Notes: generated by a model from the letters alone, not told the origin. A stretch of 64,000 bases of DNA from Sedimentisphaerales bacterium (GCA_963666285.1 OY762711.1); one strand, 5' to 3'. Numbered from the stretch's first letter, positions 19,111-30,740 are shown. Program-made: numbers and translations.

Positions 19111-20148
19111 ATGAAAAAGTTAGTTCTATTGCTTGTTTGTTTAACGTTTGTTTTTATGACTAATGGCTGCCGGAAAGATGACGGCAAAACATCTGAAAGT
19201 GAAACTATAAACATCACTTACAGCATTTTCTTCCCGCCGACACACATCCAATGTGAAACCGCTCAACTATGGGCCGACGAAATCAACAAGCGGTCAAATG
19301 GCAAAGTTACAATTAAATTATTCCCTGCCGGGTCACTCACCAAGGCACCGCAATGTTACACCGGAGTAGTTGACAATATCTCCGATATTGGAATGAGCTG
19401 CTTTGCTTATACTCGCGGACAGTTCCCGCTTATGGAAGCGCTCGACCTGCCGCTTGGCTACCCCGATGGCAAAACTGCCAGCACAATCGCCACCGAACTT
19501 TTTAACAAGTACAAACCTGAAGAACTCAAAGACGTTCACGTCTGCTACATACATGCCCATGGCCCGGGTATTCTTGCCGCCAAAAAAGATGTTAACACTT
19601 TAGAAGATATGGCCGGACTAAAAGTGCGGGCAACCGGGCTTTCAGCTTCTATCGTTGAAAATCTGGGCGGCATCCCTATCGCTATGAGCCAGGGTGAAAC
19701 TTATGAAGCGCTCCAAAAAGGTGTCGCCGAAGCAACCCTGTGCCCGATGGAAACTCTTAAAGGATGGAAACAGGCCGAGGTTATCGAATCTGTCACCGAC
19801 TCTTCTGCCATCGGCTATACCACTGCAATGTACGTCGTCATGAATAAAGGTAAATGGGACGCTCTGCCGGATGATATAAAAGAAATATTCAACCAGGTCA
19901 ATAGCGAATGGGCCAAAAAACACGGCGAAGCCTGGGACCTGGCAGATCTTGAAGGACGCGAATACACCCAGTCTCTTAATAAAAAGATAATTAAACTCAG
20001 CGACCAGGAACAGGAAAAGTGGGTTCAGGCTATGCAGCCGATTATTGATAAATATATCAAAAATACCGAAGACAACAACCTGCCCGGCAAAGAGTTTGTG
20101 AACGACATTAAGGAAATGATCAAAACTGCACGTTCGGCAACAAAATAG
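19111..20148 (+). CDS. dctP: TRAP transporter substrate-binding lipoprotein
   Basis: Signal ending [33 protein letters not shown]. Confidence 0.92.
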   Translation: MKKLVLLLVCLTFVFMTNGCRKDDGKTSESETINITYSIFFPPTHIQCETAQLWADEINKRSNGKVTIKLFPAGSLTKAPQCYTGVVDNISDIGMSCFAYTRGQFPLMEALDLPLGYPDGKTASTIATELFNKYKPEELKDVHVCYIHAHGPGILAAKKDVNTLEDMAGLKVRATGLSASIVENLGGIPIAMSQGETYEALQKGVAEATLCPMETLKGWKQAEVIESVTDSSAIGYTTAMYVVMNKGKWDALPDDIKEIFNQVNSEWAKKHGEAWDLADLEGREYTQSLNKKIIKLSDQEQEKWVQAMQPIIDKYIKNTEDNNLPGKEFVNDIKEMIKTARSATK

Positions 20149-20231
20149 AAAGTCAAATATTTTTTCTGCCGAACCAATAACAAAACTGAAACCACTCAAA
20201 CTGACCTCATGGTCGGTTTGAGTTTATTACC

Positions 20232-20729
20232 ATGAACTATATTTTTAACCTCTATACCCGCTGCCTCAAAGCTGTCGTTATGTTTCTCGGCACTGTATCA
20301 GCCTGCTGCATACTGGCGATGGTAGCTATTGTCGTTATCGACGTCGTACTCAGAATTTTCCGTATGCCGGTTAAAGGAGCATACGACCTCGTCGGTATTG
20401 TCGGGGCTATTACTATTGCTTCCGCCCTGCCATATACAACCGCTATTAAAGGGCATATTGCTATCGAGTATTTCTTCCAGAAATTCAATCGCTTCGGCAG
20501 ACTTATGGTCGATTCGGTCATGCGGCTGATGTCGATTATTTTCTTTTTCGGCGCTGCCTGGCAATTCTTCTGCTACGGCAACTCGCTCAAAAGCTCCGGG
20601 CTCGGAACTCCTACCCTGCAGGTACCTTTGTTCTGGCTGCCCTGGCTGCTGGCGATTATTTTTATTGTCGTTGCACTGGTAATTGTCCAGCATCTGATTG
20701 ATCCCAACAAGGAGTTTATCAAACCGTGA
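20232..20729 (+). CDS. dctQ: TRAP transporter small permease
   Basis: Four TMs, DVVLR and GHIAIE motifs. Confidence 0.9.
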   Translation: MNYIFNLYTRCLKAVVMFLGTVSACCILAMVAIVVIDVVLRIFRMPVKGAYDLVGIVGAITIASALPYTTAIKGHIAIEYFFQKFNRFGRLMVDSVMRLMSIIFFFGAAWQFFCYGNSLKSSGLGTPTLQVPLFWLPWLLAIIFIVVALVIVQHLIDPNKEFIKP

Positions 20730-22027
20730 CACCACTGGAAATTGGATTAATTGGATGCCTGGCAATGATCGCTTTGCTCGCTTTGAGCATGCCGGTCGCC
20801 TTTGCCATGGCGATTGTCGGATTCGTCGGTTTCGCCGTACTGGTTACCCCCAAGGCAGCACTCAGCATGATAACCGTCGATCTTTATGATACCTTCTCTA
20901 GCAACTCGCTGACGGTCATACCCATGTTCATACTGATGGGACAGGTGTCTTTTCACGCCGGGATCAGCTCCCGGCTGTTCGATGCCGCCTACAAGTGGCT
21001 TGGACGGCTGCCCGGCGGTATGGCTATCGCGACTGTCGGCGCCTGCACCGCGTTCGGCGCTATCTGCGGGTCCGGTCCGGCAACTGCCGCTACCATGGCA
21101 TCGGTTGTATTGCCGGAAATGAAAAAATATAAATATGATATGGCCATCGCGACTGGAGCCGTTGCTTCCGGCGGCAGCCTGGGAATGCTTATCCCGCCTT
21201 CGGTGGTTTTCATTGTCTATGCCCTGCTCACTGAGCAGTCAATCGGTGAACTTTTCATCGCCGGCATCCTGCCCGGCATAATGATTGCCGCACTTTTTTC
21301 ACTCGCTATATACATAAACTGTGTTCGCCATCCTGAATACGGCCCGGTAGGCCAGATCTTCTCGCTAAAGGAAAAAATCCATTCGCTGCTGGGCGTATCT
21401 GAAACTCTTGTCCTTTTTCTCCTGGTTATCGGCGGCATGTTCAGCGGGTTTTTCACCCCTACCGAAGCTGCCGCTATCGGAGCCGCAGGCTCGATCACCA
21501 TTGCTGCTGCCCGCGGTAAATGCAGTATAAAAATGCTCAAACGATCGCTGTTTGAAACCCTGAGAACTTCCTGCATGGTCATGCTTATCGTCGCAGGTGC
21601 AACGGTTTTTGGCCATTTCCTCGCTATCTCTCAGCTGCCGAGCTGGCTTGCTGAATATCTGGCATCACTACCGCTGCCCGGCTGGTCCATCATCGGACTG
21701 ATTATACTTTTCTACCTGATCGCAGGATGCTTTATTGATGCCCTGGCACTAATAATCCTGACCACACCCATCTTCTACCCGGTTATACTCGAACTCGGCT
21801 ATAACCTTATATGGTTCGGCGTTATACTGGTTGTCGTTACCCAGATGGGTGTTATCTCGCCGCCGGTCGGCGTTAATGTCTATGTTGTCAGCGGCATAGA
21901 AAGAGACATTCCGCTTCAAACTATATTCAAAGGGGCAATGCCCTTCCTGTTCATGCTGATAATATCCGCAATACTATTAATAATGTTCCCGCAAATTGCC
22001 TTGTTCCTGCCCGGCATGATAAGATAA
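20726..22027 (+). CDS. dctM: TRAP transporter large permease
   Basis: GSLGMLIPPS, FTPTEAA, ISPPVGVN. Confidence 0.93.
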   Translation: MTPLEIGLIGCLAMIALLALSMPVAFAMAIVGFVGFAVLVTPKAALSMITVDLYDTFSSNSLTVIPMFILMGQVSFHAGISSRLFDAAYKWLGRLPGGMAIATVGACTAFGAICGSGPATAATMASVVLPEMKKYKYDMAIATGAVASGGSLGMLIPPSVVFIVYALLTEQSIGELFIAGILPGIMIAALFSLAIYINCVRHPEYGPVGQIFSLKEKIHSLLGVSETLVLFLLVIGGMFSGFFTPTEAAAIGAAGSITIAAARGKCSIKMLKRSLFETLRTSCMVMLIVAGATVFGHFLAISQLPSWLAEYLASLPLPGWSIIGLIILFYLIAGCFIDALALIILTTPIFYPVILELGYNLIWFGVILVVVTQMGVISPPVGVNVYVVSGIERDIPLQTIFKGAMPFLFMLIISAILLIMFPQIALFLPGMIR

Positions 22028-22147
22028 TCTTTACACTTAATTAAGCAGCAGATAACTGGCAATGCACGAAAAACCGAATAGAAACTTGATATATAATTTC
22101 TTGTATTTTGTTTTACATATTTCCGAACTTGGTATTTAGTGATAAGT

Positions 22148-22245
22148 TTCGCAATGCAAAACTTTTAAGCAAGTTTTGAGCCGTCAGGCAAACACTGCAA
22201 CTCATCACCCGCTTGCAACATGCGAAGCATACTTTGTTCTTCACT
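22148..22245 (+). repeat. Composite intergenic repeat copy
   Basis: TTCGCAATGCAAAACTTTTAAG...TGAGCCGTCAGGCAAACAC...CACCCGCTTGCAACATGCGAAGCATACTT; matches 40879-40950. Confidence 0.8.
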
Positions 22246-22287
22246 TGTCGCTTGGCGGCATAATCTTTTTTCGCTGGACCAAATATT

Positions 22288-22764
22288 ATGACAAAGCATT
22301 ATTTCAAAACTGTACTCATTTGCAGCGATTTCTCTAATAACTCAGATTTCGCCTTTGACTATGCCCTCGAAATATGCAGCCGTTCACCGGGTACCTCACT
22401 GCACCTGCTGCACGTCATACCCGAAGCTGACGCCCAGTTCTGGAAAACTTACATCTACGAATATGAAGGTGATGTCGATGCCAAGGCCAAAGCCGATATC
22501 GATCATCGCCTCGAAACCTATAAACAGATGGTACCCGCCGACCAGGATTTCCATATCGAGATCAGGATCGGTAAAGACCATCGCGAAATACTCGACTACG
22601 CTAAACATATCCAGGCCGACCTGATCGTTCTCGGTCGGCAGAGCAAAACATCTTTCCAAAAAGCTTTCATGGGCAATATCACCGAAAAAATATGCCGGTC
22701 AGCCGACTGCGCCGTACTTGTTATGCCCGCTTCCTACCAACAAAACCTGACAAAGAGAGACTAA
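22288..22764 (+). CDS. Universal stress protein (UspA family)
   Basis: DFSNNSDFAFDYA, ADLIVLG, MGNITEKICRSADCAVLV. Confidence 0.9.
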   Translation: MTKHYFKTVLICSDFSNNSDFAFDYALEICSRSPGTSLHLLHVIPEADAQFWKTYIYEYEGDVDAKAKADIDHRLETYKQMVPADQDFHIEIRIGKDHREILDYAKHIQADLIVLGRQSKTSFQKAFMGNITEKICRSADCAVLVMPASYQQNLTKRD

Positions 22765-24215
22765 TGAAAAAATATCATCTTTACCTGTTCGTTCTAAGTT
22801 TTATTTCACTCGCATCTGAAGCTTGGTGCAGCGAAACTTTTACCGATAAAACATCAGAACTTGGACTGCAGTTAGCCAACCAGGCCGCTGCCTGTTTTGA
22901 CTACAATCAGGACGGCTGGGTTGACATATTCTGTTCCGGTACCTTATGGAAAAATAACGGTGGCAAAAGCTTCAGCAAAGTATTCTCAACAAACGGCAAT
23001 GCCGTCTCGGCTGATTATGATAACGATGGCTTTCCCGATATCTTTTGCTACAGTTCAAATAAACTGTTCCATAATGACAAAGGTGAAAATTTTTCTCCTC
23101 AACCTTTCCCCGAAATTCCCGCCAAAGTATCCAGGGCCGCATGCTGGGCCGACTTCAACGGCGACGGTTTCAACGACCTCTATATCGGCGGCTTTGAAAT
23201 CTGGGAAAAACAGATTACCTATCCAGACGCTCTGGCAATAAACCAGCAGGGAAAATCATGGCTGATCATACCGCTCGAAACTCAATACAGGGCACGCGGG
23301 GTCTCAGCCTGCGATTTTGACCAGGACGGCGATATTGACATCTATGTTTCAAATTATCGGTTACAGCCGAATATCTTATGGCGTAACGACGGCACAAATA
23401 ATTTCACTAACGCCGCCGACTCTCACAATGCGGCGGCGGCCTGGGATGGTTTCAACGGCGGCCATTCGATTGGTGCCGCATGGGGCGATTTTGATAATGA
23501 CGGGCTGCTCGATATCTTCGCCGGTAATTTCGCGCACGATGACAATCGCGGCCACCAGCCGCATTCATGTTTCCTGAGAAACACCGGACCCGACTCGGAC
23601 TATGTCTTCAATAATATGGGACAGGGTGGCATCCATTATCAGGAATCTTATGCTTCACCGGCCGTTGCTGATTTCGATAACGATGGCGATATTGATTTAT
23701 ACTTTACCACCGTCTACGGCACTGCTTCTTTCGGCAAAAAGAACTTCCCGGTTCTATTAACCAACGAAGGCAGCTGGAACTTTAAAGATTGCACCGACCA
23801 ATACGGCATAGCGAATCTACCGCCAACCTATCAGGCAGCCTGGGCAGACTTCAATAATGACGGGGCTATCGACCTGGTTACCGCTGGCCGTGTTTTTATC
23901 AACCAGAACAACGATAATAAATGGCTAAAGATTAAACTTATCGGTGACGGCACAACTATAAATTCCGAAGCTGTCGGCTCCCAGGTCAGAATCAAAATCA
24001 ATGACAAAACTCTTACCCGCCAGGTAGAGGCCGGAACCGGTGAAGGCAACCAGAACGAATTAACACTGCACTTTGGCCTGGCCCAACATGACACACCAGT
24101 CTCCTTGGACATATTCTGGACAAAGCAGTTATATCAAAAAGTCGATAACGTGAATATCAACCAATTAATAACTATCAAATTCGATAAAAATAACTGCACC
24201 GAAAAAGCAAACTAA
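22764..24215 (+). CDS. Secreted FG-GAP repeat / ASPIC-UnbV (CRTAC1-like) protein
   Basis: Repeated D(F/Y)(D/N)NDGxxD motifs; LHFGLA C-terminal motif; ATG overlaps the USP stop. Confidence 0.88.
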   Translation: MKKYHLYLFVLSFISLASEAWCSETFTDKTSELGLQLANQAAACFDYNQDGWVDIFCSGTLWKNNGGKSFSKVFSTNGNAVSADYDNDGFPDIFCYSSNKLFHNDKGENFSPQPFPEIPAKVSRAACWADFNGDGFNDLYIGGFEIWEKQITYPDALAINQQGKSWLIIPLETQYRARGVSACDFDQDGDIDIYVSNYRLQPNILWRNDGTNNFTNAADSHNAAAAWDGFNGGHSIGAAWGDFDNDGLLDIFAGNFAHDDNRGHQPHSCFLRNTGPDSDYVFNNMGQGGIHYQESYASPAVADFDNDGDIDLYFTTVYGTASFGKKNFPVLLTNEGSWNFKDCTDQYGIANLPPTYQAAWADFNNDGAIDLVTAGRVFINQNNDNKWLKIKLIGDGTTINSEAVGSQVRIKINDKTLTRQVEAGTGEGNQNELTLHFGLAQHDTPVSLDIFWTKQLYQKVDNVNINQLITIKFDKNNCTEKAN

Positions 24216-24324
24216 ACAACTACACACAATCGGTATACCTGCTACTTACCTGCATAATAAAGCTATGAGTTATCAATGCAAAATAAATCACCAGCATGAT
24301 TAGGGACACAAATAACAGAATTAA

Positions 24325-25185
24325 CTAATGCCAGTATTTTACGGTAACATCATTACCTTCCGTTTCAAACGCAAGATGATAATGGGTATCTGTCCTAAAA
24401 TACTGCTTACCGGAATAATATCTCTCGTTTTCAAAAGCATCTATGACACATTTATGTGGATGCGGATGAGGCTTAATATGGCTACTTATTCCAAGTCTAA
24501 GCTCATCTGGCGAGAACCTGCTTGTATCAAGCCATGTTAAATTACCATTATGCAGTGAACCATTTCTAGAACCATGATGCGGCACTTTTATAAATTTGAC
24601 ATTTGAGGGAATGTCATCTGCGATCTTATCCCATACTTCCTCTTCGGCATCACCTGTAAGCAAAAATGAACTATCATCCAGCTCATACAATAAAACAACA
24701 GAATTGTTATTATCTTTATCTATGATATTGCCTGGCTCTGGCCAAAGAACTCTCACTATTGCATCGCCAAAATTTGGCATAGGTTTTGAATTATCAAGAG
24801 ACTCATGATGTATCCCAACTCTTTCAACATATTTAAGCAGATGCCCCAGAATGGAAGGGCTGTTTGTTTTAGGATACCAGAATTCTTTCGTGCCAAATTG
24901 TTTCATTAATTCTTTTAAACCATCACCATGATCAGAATGGTCATGACTTAATAAAACAAAATCAAATATTGGTTTACATTTTTTTATATCTAATCCGGCT
25001 TTTTCAAAATACCGCTGTAGAAATATCCTTGATGACCTGTTATATTTTGTATCGTTTGAATCAATTAAACCATATGAATTATTACCATGAGAATCCTCAG
25101 CTCTTAGCAATATTGAATCGCCCCATCCTACATCTATCATAATAACTTCTAGTCTTGACATTATATTACTCCAATGGTTTACCAT
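24325..25185 (-). CDS. ComEC/Rec2-like metallo-beta-lactamase fold hydrolase, soluble
   Basis: IDVGWGDS, SHDHSDH, NNNSVV, LLTGDAE, KVPHHGS, HPHPH. Confidence 0.85.
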   Translation of the reverse strand: MVNHWSNIMSRLEVIMIDVGWGDSILLRAEDSHGNNSYGLIDSNDTKYNRSSRIFLQRYFEKAGLDIKKCKPIFDFVLLSHDHSDHGDGLKELMKQFGTKEFWYPKTNSPSILGHLLKYVERVGIHHESLDNSKPMPNFGDAIVRVLWPEPGNIIDKDNNNSVVLLYELDDSSFLLTGDAEEEVWDKIADDIPSNVKFIKVPHHGSRNGSLHNGNLTWLDTSRFSPDELRLGISSHIKPHPHPHKCVIDAFENERYYSGKQYFRTDTHYHLAFETEGNDVTVKYWH

Positions 25186-25786
25186 TTCTTATACGTAATT
25201 GTTTATCTTCATTCGAATGGTAATACTTTCTTGCATTATTTATCTGCTGTTTATTCCATTCACTAAATATCTTTGTCTCTACTGAACAATACATAACTGG
25301 ATTTTCAATAATACCGCAATAGTATTCGAAATCATCTAAATCTGTTGTATTATTTTGATATGACAAAGCCTTATAAAATAGTTTCCAATGAACTCTGTAT
25401 ACACTTCCCCTCTTGTGATTCCTACAAAACAGGTTATTAGGAATCCATACATAATTTGTTTCAATAGATAAATTACTTTTCCCTTCAATAACTTCATATA
25501 AATTATCTATGTCTTTAGGATCAGTAAAACTCTGCTTGCCAAATGGAGAAACAATAATACCTGACAATAAATACATAATAAATGGAAGATCATTTTCTGC
25601 AATAGACAATTCCCAGCCTTCTTGAAAATCATCATTCTCAACCGAAAAGTATATACCTCTTGTCATATTAAAACCATCAGTAGTCTTTATACTATCAACA
25701 ACAATTGGAACTGTAGGATATTCATCGATTCGAGTGGTTGATCTTTTTATAATCCTTTTCTTCTTTTTTTCATTTTCTTCATCCAT
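25166..25786 (-). CDS. Hypothetical protein overlapping the start of the MBL gene
   Basis: 206-aa AT-rich ORF with no recognisable motif. Confidence 0.6.
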   Translation of the reverse strand: MDEENEKKKKRIIKRSTTRIDEYPTVPIVVDSIKTTDGFNMTRGIYFSVENDDFQEGWELSIAENDLPFIMYLLSGIIVSPFGKQSFTDPKDIDNLYEVIEGKSNLSIETNYVWIPNNLFCRNHKRGSVYRVHWKLFYKALSYQNNTTDLDDFEYYCGIIENPVMYCSVETKIFSEWNKQQINNARKYYHSNEDKQLRIRNGKPLE

Positions 25787-26470
25787 TATGTCACCCCTAC
25801 AAGATTATTATTGTATAAACCAAAACAGTTGCCGCATTATATCTTTGCTAATCTAAAATAAATTATTTCAATACAAATTAAAAACAAATCAACACATATA
25901 ATATCACTAATAGTAGTTTTAACTCCACTCGTAATAATAAGTCTTATTACTATCAACTTTTTCAAAGACCTGAATAACACATTAATACAATCTATAGTCT
26001 ATGCTAATAACTGCCGAGACCACTGTCAATCTATAATATTAAGATAATCAAATCCATAGTTATTAAATTAAAGAATTCTTAAATATATCATGTTAATTCT
26101 TTTTTGCTAAATATGGAAATTTATTATAAATACATAATTAATATACCGTATATAGCCATTGATAAAGTTAAATTAATTTATAACACTGCTATAAAATATT
26201 TTCAGCACCTAAACTGCTATTTCAAGCTGTTATGAGGAAAAGACTAACAAGAAATTTTACACTTGTATTGAAATATTGCGAGGAACTATGACGTATTTAA
26301 TAGAAACAGCAACAAGCGTAAATAACATTAAAACTTCAATTCAAACCAAAACTTCAATTCGTATCACCTTGCAGCACAAACACTTACAGCAGTTATGAAA
26401 CAACCACCCTCCTTCACTCCTGTATATTTCCTCCTTACCATTTATTTTCCCCTTGCATTTCCTTTCTCTT

Positions 26471-26493
26471 TTCTCTACTATATTGATAGAGTT
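26471..26493. promoter_or_regulatory. Candidate Rrf2 autoregulatory operator
   Basis: CTCTA-CTATATTGA-TAGAG inverted repeat just upstream of the Rrf2 RBS. Confidence 0.45.
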
Positions 26494-26511
26494 AATAAAG
26501 AAAGGATTGAA

Positions 26512-26913
26512 ATGAAACTTACAACCAAAAGCGAATACACGATACTGGCATTATTATACATCGCCCGCCAGCCGGAAGACTCATTTGTCAAGGTTGACGA
26601 TATCGTCTCCAAATGCGACATTCCAAAAAAATATCTCGAACTGCTGCTGATGACTCTACGCCAGAACAGGCTCATCAAAACCAAACGCGGCAAACAAGGC
26701 GGCTACCAGCTCGCCAAACCGGCCGACCAGATCTCGCTCGCATCTGTCATAAGACTTATGGACGGCGCCCTGGCCCCCACCGAATCTGTCAGCACATATT
26801 ACTACTCCGATACTCCTATATCAAAGGAACCTAAGCTGCTCGGAGTCTTCAAAGATATTCGCGACTATATATCTGACAAACTGGAAAAACTTACTTTAAA
26901 CGATCTTATCTAA
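26512..26913 (+). CDS. Rrf2 family regulator (CymR-like, no Fe-S Cys triad)
   Basis: MKLTTKSEY, IPKKYLE, RGKQGGYQLAKP, IRLMDG; AAAGGA RBS. Confidence 0.9.
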   Translation: MKLTTKSEYTILALLYIARQPEDSFVKVDDIVSKCDIPKKYLELLLMTLRQNRLIKTKRGKQGGYQLAKPADQISLASVIRLMDGALAPTESVSTYYYSDTPISKEPKLLGVFKDIRDYISDKLEKLTLNDLI

Positions 26914-26932
26914 AAGGAAGGATGTTATTGGC

Positions 26933-27772
26933 ATGGAACTATCAATTGGCATTATCGCGGTTATTATCACCCTGGCATTTCTATGTGAATACATGGACTC
27001 TACTTTAGGCATGGGCTACGGCACAACCCTGACGCCTGTATTCCTGCTTATGGGGTTCGGACCCCATGAAATTGTACCAGCCATTTTAATGAGTGAACTT
27101 ATTACCGGGATGCTCGCCGGACTATGCCACCATGCCGAGGGAAACGTTAACTTCAAACCACACAACAAAGATTTTCTGCATCTGCACGACCTGGTCCATC
27201 CAGTCAAATACTACAATAAACTGCGAAACTCACTGCCGATTCACCTCAAACTTGCACTGCTCTTTGGTATATGCAGCACAATAGGTGCAGTCGCCGCTGT
27301 GTTCGTCGCCGTAAGTATACCAAAATTCTGGCTCAAAATGTATATCGGCACACTCGTTCTTTCCATGGGCATACTCATACTCGTCTTCTTCAACAAACAG
27401 GTAAAATTCTCTTACGCCAAAGTCACAGGCATGGGACTGCTGGCATCATTTAACAAAGGTATCAGCGGCGGCGGGTACGGACCGGTCGTCACCGCCGGAC
27501 AGGTACTCTCCGGCGTAGAAGGCAAAAGCGCGGTTGGTATTACCTCGCTCGCCGAATCTCTCACCTGCCTTACCGGCGTTATAATGTATATGCTTATCGG
27601 CAATAATATCGACTGGAAACTGGCTCCATGGATCATTATCGGCGCTGTTGCTTCCGTTCCGCTTTCTGCCAAAAGCGTAAAGTTCGTCAAAGAACAAAAC
27701 CTCAAAATGGCGATCGCTATCGCTACTATATGCCTCGGATGCTTTACCATATACAAAACACTCGCGGCATAA
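26933..27772 (+). CDS. Sulfite exporter TauE/SafE family protein
   Basis: DSTLGMGYG and GISGGGYGP motifs, multiple TMs. Confidence 0.88.
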   Translation: MELSIGIIAVIITLAFLCEYMDSTLGMGYGTTLTPVFLLMGFGPHEIVPAILMSELITGMLAGLCHHAEGNVNFKPHNKDFLHLHDLVHPVKYYNKLRNSLPIHLKLALLFGICSTIGAVAAVFVAVSIPKFWLKMYIGTLVLSMGILILVFFNKQVKFSYAKVTGMGLLASFNKGISGGGYGPVVTAGQVLSGVEGKSAVGITSLAESLTCLTGVIMYMLIGNNIDWKLAPWIIIGAVASVPLSAKSVKFVKEQNLKMAIAIATICLGCFTIYKTLAA

Positions 27773-28022
27773 TCAGCTATATATACCACAACAGTTGAAA
27801 TTGCCCGTTCTCACGTGCATAAGTAATAACATTACACTTTCAGACACCAATTTCTAAAATAATATTTTCCCATAACATATTTTTGAGGTGATATTCAAAT
27901 ACAATTGAATACCGCCTCTTTTTTTTATTTTAATTTCTGTTATAATAGTTTACTTTCGTAGTTGTTAGTTGCAATAACGAAGTGCCTCTGGTAAATCGCC
28001 TAAAAGGGACTTTCTGCAACAC

Positions 28023-28086
28023 TTTAAATTTAACAAAACTTGAGACGATAGCGAATTATTCCTGATGTCAACGTACATCAGGACAC
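28023..28086 (+). repeat. Composite intergenic repeat copy with CCTGATGT/ACATCAGG hairpin
   Basis: TTTAAA...TGAGACGATAGCGAATTATTCCTGATGTCAACGTACATCAGGACAC. Confidence 0.85.
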
Positions 28087-28182
28087 CTTAACTTTTCACT
28101 ATTCGTTTTTCACTTAAGGCCCTGTTCCGGCCTTTGAGTATAACATTGAACAGTAAAAGTGCGATACCGTACTAATCTATAT

Positions 28183-29028
28183 ATGAATAATAACCAGATT
28201 AGAATTAGAACGCTTGTCAATAACGAACTGCCTGAACCGCTGCTGTCAGAGCATGGGCTCTCTTTTTGGATCGAATATGACGGTAAAAATATACTGTTCG
28301 ATACCGGCCAGAGCGACATTGTCATTAAAAACGCCGAAACTCTCGGCATCGAACTTTCCAAAACTGATATTATCATACTCAGCCACGGCCACTATGACCA
28401 CACCGGCGGATTAGCACACATATTAGATATCGCGACAAATGCTCACATCTATTTGCACCCGCTGGCAACCAAAACCAGATACAGCTGCCATACCGACAAG
28501 CCGGTACGCAATATTTCTATGCCAAAATCGACCGCCGAACACCTGGACGAAATCAAAAACAGGATATGCTTCACTGACAAACCTTTGGCCATCCATCGGC
28601 AAATGAACATCACCGGCCGGATTCCGCGAAACACATCATTCGAAGATACCGGTGGACCGTTCTACCTCGAATCGAATAAAACCGAAAAAGACCTGATCGA
28701 AGATGACCTCGCTATGTTTATCGATAGCCCCAAAGGTATCATTGTTATCGTCGGCTGCGCCCACTCCGGCATTATAAACACTCTCGACTATATTACTTCA
28801 ATCACCGGAAAAAACAAAATTCACGCTGTTATCGGCGGCATGCACCTGTCAAAAGCAAACAACAACAGGATCGACCAGACAATTACTGCCTTGAATAAAT
28901 TCAATATCGACAAACTCTTCCCCATGCACTGCACCGGCCTGGAATCTGCCGCTGTCATCAAACAAAACTTCAATAATAACTGCTATATCGAACCTTCCGA
29001 ATTTGCCGATATCTCATTAGATATCTAG
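28183..29028 (+). CDS. MBL-fold metallo-hydrolase (DHPS-like subgroup)
   Basis: EHGLS, LFDTG, LSHGHYDHTGG, GCAHSG, GGMHL, PMHCTG. Confidence 0.88.
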   Translation: MNNNQIRIRTLVNNELPEPLLSEHGLSFWIEYDGKNILFDTGQSDIVIKNAETLGIELSKTDIIILSHGHYDHTGGLAHILDIATNAHIYLHPLATKTRYSCHTDKPVRNISMPKSTAEHLDEIKNRICFTDKPLAIHRQMNITGRIPRNTSFEDTGGPFYLESNKTEKDLIEDDLAMFIDSPKGIIVIVGCAHSGIINTLDYITSITGKNKIHAVIGGMHLSKANNNRIDQTITALNKFNIDKLFPMHCTGLESAAVIKQNFNNNCYIEPSEFADISLDI

Positions 29029-29091
29029 AACTCATCCACAAATATGAGCTCTAGATAACTATATACTTAACCAACCTTCAGCCGACTTGCA

Positions 29092-30588
29092 TTATATCGG
29101 CCTGCTGTGGCCCTGTGTTTTATATTTCTCCAGCAAAGCCTTAAGCTCTGCTATTATTTCCTGATGCTCAGGACTCTCATATAAATTAGTTTTCTCTTTC
29201 GGGTCCGTTTCCATATCATACAGCTGACCAGGCAAACCATCTCCTTTACCGCTCCAGCCGCCGGAACCTACACAATCCAGGTATTTCCATTTGCCTTTGC
29301 GTATCGCAAACTTACCGCTTATGGAATGATGAACCGTAGCTTCTCGTATCGGACCGGCTGGTTTCTTACCCTCCAATACCGGCAGAATACTATAACTGTC
29401 TTCCGCAGCATTATCTGCCAGCTTATGACCGACAATCTCGGCACAGGTCGCGGTTAAGTCAACCAGGCAGACCGTCTCATCGGCACTGCTGCCGGCTGCA
29501 ACCTTCTCTGGCCACCTCACGATAAACGGTACCCGATGACCGCCGTCCCAGGCATCAGCTTTCTGACCGCGATATATATAGTTAGCATCATGTCCAAAAT
29601 ATCGCTGTGAACCATCTGAAACTCCGTTGTTATGATTGCCGATACAGGCTATATGCGAACCGTTATCGCTGGTAATTATCAATATAGTATTATCTTTTAT
29701 TCCGTGTTGCTCCACTGACTTCATAACTTCACCGATCGTCCAGTCTACCAGTGTCACAAAATCGCCATAAACGCCGGCCTTACTCTTCTGATTATTTCTT
29801 TCCAGCGGCACCCACGGGGTATGCGGTGCTGTCAGCGGAAAATACAAAAAGAACGGCTTCTCTGGCATATCCGCCATATGCTTATCGATAAAACCGCAGG
29901 CCTTTTTCGTTATCATCGGCATTACATCTTCGACCTTGAAACTAGGTGATGCTGCTCCTCCACGATAAAACCGCGGCATCTTCTCTCCCTTAACACTTCC
30001 AGTCAACGGCTCCAGCGGCAGCCCGTTCTCGATAAAACAATACGGATTCATATCCAGCGAGGCCGGGATACCAAACCAGTAATCAAATCCAACCTCGTTC
30101 GGACCGGGACGCAGCGGTTTGCTGAAATCAGCTGGCTGAGTATCTGTCAGGCCCAGATGCCATTTACCCACACAGCCGGTATGATATCCATGCTCCTTCA
30201 GCATAGAAGCTACCGTCATCCTGTCCGGCTCGATCAGCCTGCTGCTGTAACCGTTCAGCACGCCTCTCTTCAACCTAGACCGCCAGCAGTAGCGACCGGT
30301 AAGAACACTATAACGGGTCGGGGTGCATACCGAAGACGGTGTATGGGCATCGGTAAAGTACATTCCCTCAGAAGCCACCTTATCCATGTTAGGTGTCGGA
30401 ATCTTAGATTCAGGATTCAGATACTTGACATCGCCATAACCCATATCATCTGCCATGATAAATATAATATTCGGCAGCTTCTCAACTGTATCGGCAGACT
30501 GGTACGTACCAGCAGCTGTCACACTCCCCACCACTATCATCTGGCATAACAAAACAATATAACATCTCATCCTTAACCTGTTGTACAT
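29092..30588 (-). CDS. Secreted Cys-type arylsulfatase
   Basis: PNIIFIMADDMGYGD, CTPTR, GKWHLG, SDNG. Confidence 0.93.
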   Translation of the reverse strand: MYNRLRMRCYIVLLCQMIVVGSVTAAGTYQSADTVEKLPNIIFIMADDMGYGDVKYLNPESKIPTPNMDKVASEGMYFTDAHTPSSVCTPTRYSVLTGRYCWRSRLKRGVLNGYSSRLIEPDRMTVASMLKEHGYHTGCVGKWHLGLTDTQPADFSKPLRPGPNEVGFDYWFGIPASLDMNPYCFIENGLPLEPLTGSVKGEKMPRFYRGGAASPSFKVEDVMPMITKKACGFIDKHMADMPEKPFFLYFPLTAPHTPWVPLERNNQKSKAGVYGDFVTLVDWTIGEVMKSVEQHGIKDNTILIITSDNGSHIACIGNHNNGVSDGSQRYFGHDANYIYRGQKADAWDGGHRVPFIVRWPEKVAAGSSADETVCLVDLTATCAEIVGHKLADNAAEDSYSILPVLEGKKPAGPIREATVHHSISGKFAIRKGKWKYLDCVGSGGWSGKGDGLPGQLYDMETDPKEKTNLYESPEHQEIIAELKALLEKYKTQGHSRPI

Positions 30589-30740
30589 ACTTATCTCCGA
30601 TACATTCTTTCAAATCAATAATGAAATACCTGCACTTGCTGCCCGGCAAAAAATTTCATCCTACACTATATAAATTCCAAAAAACTCTATATTATTAAAC
30701 ATATTTTTCCAAAAAAAGCAATTTATCTTTAATTATTCGC

